A stretch of DNA of 64,000 bases, taken from assembly GCA_044229845.1 (NCBI GenBank), contig JBGASG010000010.1, positions 32,001 to 96,000 on the forward strand. The letters are read 5' to 3'. The translations under genes and the position numbers were made by a program. Under the pieces are notes generated by a model. It was not told the DNA's origin. It searched no databases and worked only from the letters and a program-made list of their open reading frames with translations. Positions 60,702 through 64,000 of this stretch are shown piece by piece. The DNA comes from Candidatus Obscuribacteraceae bacterium. GTDB lineage: Bacteria; Cyanobacteriota; Vampirovibrionia; Obscuribacterales; Obscuribacteraceae. Each line of letters opens with the position of its first letter. Within the stretch, counting starts at the first letter, position 1.

Positions 60702-62642
60702 ATGCAGCCATTTGATGCACTTACCATGCGGGCCGTCCTGCAAGAAGCGACGCCTTTGCTTCTCAACCGTAAACTGGACAAGGTTTACCAGCTGGGGCGC
60801 GACGAAGTAGTCATCGCCTTCCGCTCCAAAACCGGTCCGGGTCACTTCTTGATGTCGGCGCAGGCATCCTACGGTCGACTCTGCCTGGTGATGACGCCCA
60901 ATCTGCCCAAGCAACAGAACCCTCCCGGGTTTTGCATGTTGCTGCGCAAGCACCTGACTGGGGCCACCATCGTCGGCGTCGAGCAACTCCTGGGCGAGCG
61001 CGTGTGCGACCTGATTCTGGCTTGCGTGGATGAGCTGGGCAACAAATCAACTAAGGTCCTGACGGCTGAGATTATGGGTCGTCACAGCAACCTGATTTTC
61101 TGGGACAAGGACACCAATAAGATTATCGGCGCCTCGCATGTGGTGACACCGGAGATGAGCCGGCAACGAGAAGTGGCGCCGGGACTGCTTTACGTGCGTC
61201 CGCCTCAGCAAGACAAGCCGAGCGTCTTCGATGTCAGTCAGGAAAAATTCGGCGAGCTTTTCCAGAAGATACCGGTGCTGGTGTCAGCGACCGCGTCCAA
61301 CCCAGCACCACCTGCGCAACCACAGTCAGGCAACGGACCCGGTCCGTCCCACCTGTCGCGTGAGGTGACGACGCTGGAACAATGGCTACTGAGCACCTTT
61401 TCCGGGATGGGGCGGCATCTGGCCGAAGAGTTGATCGGCGCCACCAAACTGCCCGACCAGCTGGCGGCTCTGTCGGTCAACAGCGAAAGCGAGCAGACTC
61501 TATTCAATCGCATTCAGATGCTGCAAAAGATCGACCGATATCACCCGGCGATGGCGCTTGATCTGACCCGCTATACGGTGCTTTCCTGGTGGCAGGAGAC
61601 CATGAGCTCCGAGGAGTGGGAAGCCAACTGGAAAAAGTTTCCCGCCGCCAACGACATGGTGGAGGACTACTTCCGGGCCCTGCACGCCCGCGAGCAGATA
61701 CAGCAGCTGCGCGACCGCATCCGGTCCGACCTCAAGCTGGAGCTGGACAAACTGGATACTCGCTTTGCGGCAGCCAGCAAACAACTGGAGTCGTCGCAAA
61801 ATCACCAGCAACTCAAAGAGTACGGCGACTTGATTCTGGCAAACCTGGGCGGTATCGACCGCGGGCAGGAGCAGCTGATCTGCGACAACCTGCATGCAGG
61901 CTATGGCGGACAGGTGGCTATCGCCCTCAACCCCAATCTCACCGCTTCACAAAACGCACAGAGCTATTACCGCCAGTACGCCAAAGCCAGGGTGAGACAG
62001 AAAACGGCGGACGCTGCGCAGTCGGATGCCAAAACCAAACTCGACCTGGTGCGCAGCCAGCTGACCCGCCTGGACAATGCCTCCACCCTGGAAGACCTGG
62101 AACAACTGCGCGACCTTATTTTGCATCGTTCGCGCCGACCGGACCAGTCTCGTTCCAACCAGACCTCATCCGCAGCTGGTAAAGGCGGCGGTCGCGGAGT
62201 CCCCACCGGCGGTGGCGACAGAGGAACCGGTCAAGGAGGCGGTGCCAAGCATCCGCGCCTGATGAGCACCCGCTCTTCAGATGGCTGGTTGATTTACATC
62301 GGTCGCAACAGAATCGAAAATGACGTTTTGATCAGCAAGCTGGCGGCACCCCACGATCTCTGGTTGCACGTGCAAGGGCAAGAAGGCGCGCATGTTCTGA
62401 TCAAAAATCCCAACAAACAGGACCCGCCGGGTTCCACTCTGAAAGAGGCGGCACAGCTGGCCGCGCGCTTCTCGCGAGTCTCTCTAGGCGCAAAGGTACG
62501 AGTTGTCTACACACACGTCAAATACGTGAAGAAAATCGGCAAAGACAAACCAGGCATGGTTCGTTATGAGAACGAACGCACCCTGGAAGTCGACACCGGT
62601 GCACCGATGCCGCCCGCGCTGCGCAAGCTCTTCAACAAGTAG
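60702..62642 (+). CDS. NFACT family ribosome quality control protein (RqcH/FbpA-like)
   Basis: MQPFDAL, FCMLLRKHL, EIMGRHSNLI, SQNAQSYY, GRNRIEND, WLHVQGQEGAHV, KPGMVRY. Confidence 0.93.
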   Translation: MQPFDALTMRAVLQEATPLLLNRKLDKVYQLGRDEVVIAFRSKTGPGHFLMSAQASYGRLCLVMTPNLPKQQNPPGFCMLLRKHLTGATIVGVEQLLGERVCDLILACVDELGNKSTKVLTAEIMGRHSNLIFWDKDTNKIIGASHVVTPEMSRQREVAPGLLYVRPPQQDKPSVFDVSQEKFGELFQKIPVLVSATASNPAPPAQPQSGNGPGPSHLSREVTTLEQWLLSTFSGMGRHLAEELIGATKLPDQLAALSVNSESEQTLFNRIQMLQKIDRYHPAMALDLTRYTVLSWWQETMSSEEWEANWKKFPAANDMVEDYFRALHAREQIQQLRDRIRSDLKLELDKLDTRFAAASKQLESSQNHQQLKEYGDLILANLGGIDRGQEQLICDNLHAGYGGQVAIALNPNLTASQNAQSYYRQYAKARVRQKTADAAQSDAKTKLDLVRSQLTRLDNASTLEDLEQLRDLILHRSRRPDQSRSNQTSSAAGKGGGRGVPTGGGDRGTGQGGGAKHPRLMSTRSSDGWLIYIGRNRIENDVLISKLAAPHDLWLHVQGQEGAHVLIKNPNKQDPPGSTLKEAAQLAARFSRVSLGAKVRVVYTHVKYVKKIGKDKPGMVRYENERTLEVDTGAPMPPALRKLFNK

Positions 62643-62651
62643 CAGCGTTAA

Positions 62652-63347
62652 CTACATCTTCCGGAACAGTGCCACCACCACGCCTTGTATCTGCAGGTCG
62701 CTGGCTGCATCAATGAAGATAGGCTCCATCGATGAATTTGCCGGCTGCAGGCGGAAGCGTCCTTTTTCTTTGAAGAAACGTTTTAGCGTCGCGGTACCAT
62801 CCTCGGTGAGGCAGACGGCGATCTCTCCGTTGTTAGGAGTTGGCTTTGGCTTGACGATAACAAAGTCACCATCGAAGATACCGTCTTCTATCATCGACTC
62901 GCCTTTGACTTTGAGCGCGTAGCACCCTGAGTCGGCATACTGGCTTTCCACTTCCAGATATTCGTCGGATTGAATGGCATCAATCGGCGTACCGGCGGCG
63001 ATGGCACCAACAAGCGGCAGTTTGCTTTGCCGCGAATTGTAAGTTTGAGCCGGCTCGGCTACCCTTGCACCACGCTTGGTGCCGGCTGGCGCCGTTACAA
63101 CGCGCGGCGGTGGAGCTTCCCCCTCTTCGCCTTCGCCGATTACACGCAGCGAACGGTTGAGTCCAGGCTCCCACGAAACCATGCCCTTGTTTTTCAATGC
63201 CACCACGTGCTGGTGCACCGTCATGCGGTTACGCAGCCCCATTGCTTTAGCCAGGTCTGCCAGAGTCGGAGGAAAGCCGCGCTCATTCGTCAGTTCTTGA
63301 ATCAGCCGCAATACTTCCTTCTGCCTGGGCGGAAGCTCAACGCTCAT
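62652..63347 (-). CDS. lexA: SOS repressor LexA
   Basis: GFPPT HTH, cleavage site IAAG, catalytic GESM (Ser) and TLKR (Lys), LQPAN. Confidence 0.95.
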   Translation of the reverse strand: MSVELPPRQKEVLRLIQELTNERGFPPTLADLAKAMGLRNRMTVHQHVVALKNKGMVSWEPGLNRSLRVIGEGEEGEAPPPRVVTAPAGTKRGARVAEPAQTYNSRQSKLPLVGAIAAGTPIDAIQSDEYLEVESQYADSGCYALKVKGESMIEDGIFDGDFVIVKPKPTPNNGEIAVCLTEDGTATLKRFFKEKGRFRLQPANSSMEPIFIDAASDLQIQGVVVALFRKM

Positions 63348-63405
63348 TAGTAAAGTAATCCCCCTTTTGTCCACCACACGGGCCTTTTGACAAGGCACAT
63401 ACGTA

Positions 63406-63434
63406 AGTATAGTACCCGTCGATCTGTATGTCTA
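63406..63434 (-). promoter_or_regulatory. Predicted sigma70 promoter of lexA
   Basis: Minus strand TAGACA (63434-63429), 17-bp spacer, TATACT (63411-63406). Confidence 0.65.
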
Positions 63435-63530
63435 GCCCCCAAATGAGAACCTCGACAGTAGGAACCTGTGTAGCTTTCCGACTATCTGTAGGGTTGATTG
63501 AGTCCAGCCAAAGCCGGACGGGAGACAAAA

Positions 63531-63746
63531 ATGCAATCAACAAGTAATGGAGAGGTACATGTGGTGCCTTATCGGGAAGCCTGGGCGGTGGAAGCCCTTG
63601 GCATTAAGTATGTAGAGTTCGCCACCCAAGAGCTGGCGTTAAATTTCGGTCGCCTGCAGGCGGAGAAAAAACAGGCACCGCTTTTCGTGCACAGCCGCGA
63701 CGGCGAAATAGTTGCGTACAAGAAAAAAGGTGCGCAGGCAGCTTGA
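63531..63746 (+). CDS. DUF2188-like small protein
   Basis: VHVVP...WAV...FATQELA...GR...LFVHSRDGEI. SD GGAG. Confidence 0.8.
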   Translation: MQSTSNGEVHVVPYREAWAVEALGIKYVEFATQELALNFGRLQAEKKQAPLFVHSRDGEIVAYKKKGAQAA

Positions 63747-63837
63747 GCTTGCGGCGCCGGACCATCCGCTTAAAACATAGAACCGTTTCAAATGTGAAAC
63801 AATGGCAGCCTGCGATCCCGAATCTCGGTGAGGAATT

Positions 63838-64000
63838 ATGCTGCTCGTTACCGGTGCTGCAGGCTATGTCGCCAGTCATGTTTTGCGCACGTATATCTCG
63901 GAAAACTCAACAGAAGAAATCGTCGCTCTGGATGACCTTTCCGAAGGACACAAGCAGGCGATTCCGCAGTCGCCGCGCGTGCATTTTGAGGAAGGCAACC
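63838..64000 (+). CDS. galE: UDP-glucose 4-epimerase-like SDR (partial, runs off window)
   Basis: Read manually: MLLVTGAAGYVASH...VALDDLSEGHKQAIP. SD GAGG. Confidence 0.8.
   Translation, partial: MLLVTGAAGYVASHVLRTYISENSTEEIVALDDLSEGHKQAIPQSPRVHFEEGN

Overview
Core-chromosome window with no tRNA, rRNA, CRISPR array or mobile element visible. The source is most likely a non-photosynthetic cyanobacterial relative (Vampirovibrionia/Melainabacteria, Obscuribacterales-like). This is an inference from cyanobacterial-type PurA ([10 protein letters not shown]) and RpoZ (NRY...VAxRAK) motifs, futalosine-pathway mqnC and the many TPR and Tad-like genes. Housekeeping genes: mqnC, a cbpA-like J-protein, holB (apparently broken), purA, polA, gatC, pyrG, clpB, larC, dusB, gmk-rpoZ, an NFACT/RqcH gene, lexA and partial galE. 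The most striking pattern is a set of dispersed paralogous Tad-type pseudopilin cassettes between 2 and 33 kb. They contain four TadE-like pilins, three large TadG-like proteins, two paralogous small secreted proteins, and five secreted TPR proteins, four sharing a C-terminal motif RxxNxxxDVA(W/G)Q(I/L)(K/R)xxL and one with a degenerate copy. No Tad ATPase or platform genes are in the window. Also notable: a ~140-nt rod-shaped RNA behind a consensus sigma70 promoter upstream of purA, a 1457-aa protein with ~550 aa of Ala/Glu/Lys/Arg helical repeats between TPR-like ends, a secreted caspase-YARHG fusion coupled to clpB, a candidate variant LexA operator, and apparent deletion/frameshift lesions in up to three genes.
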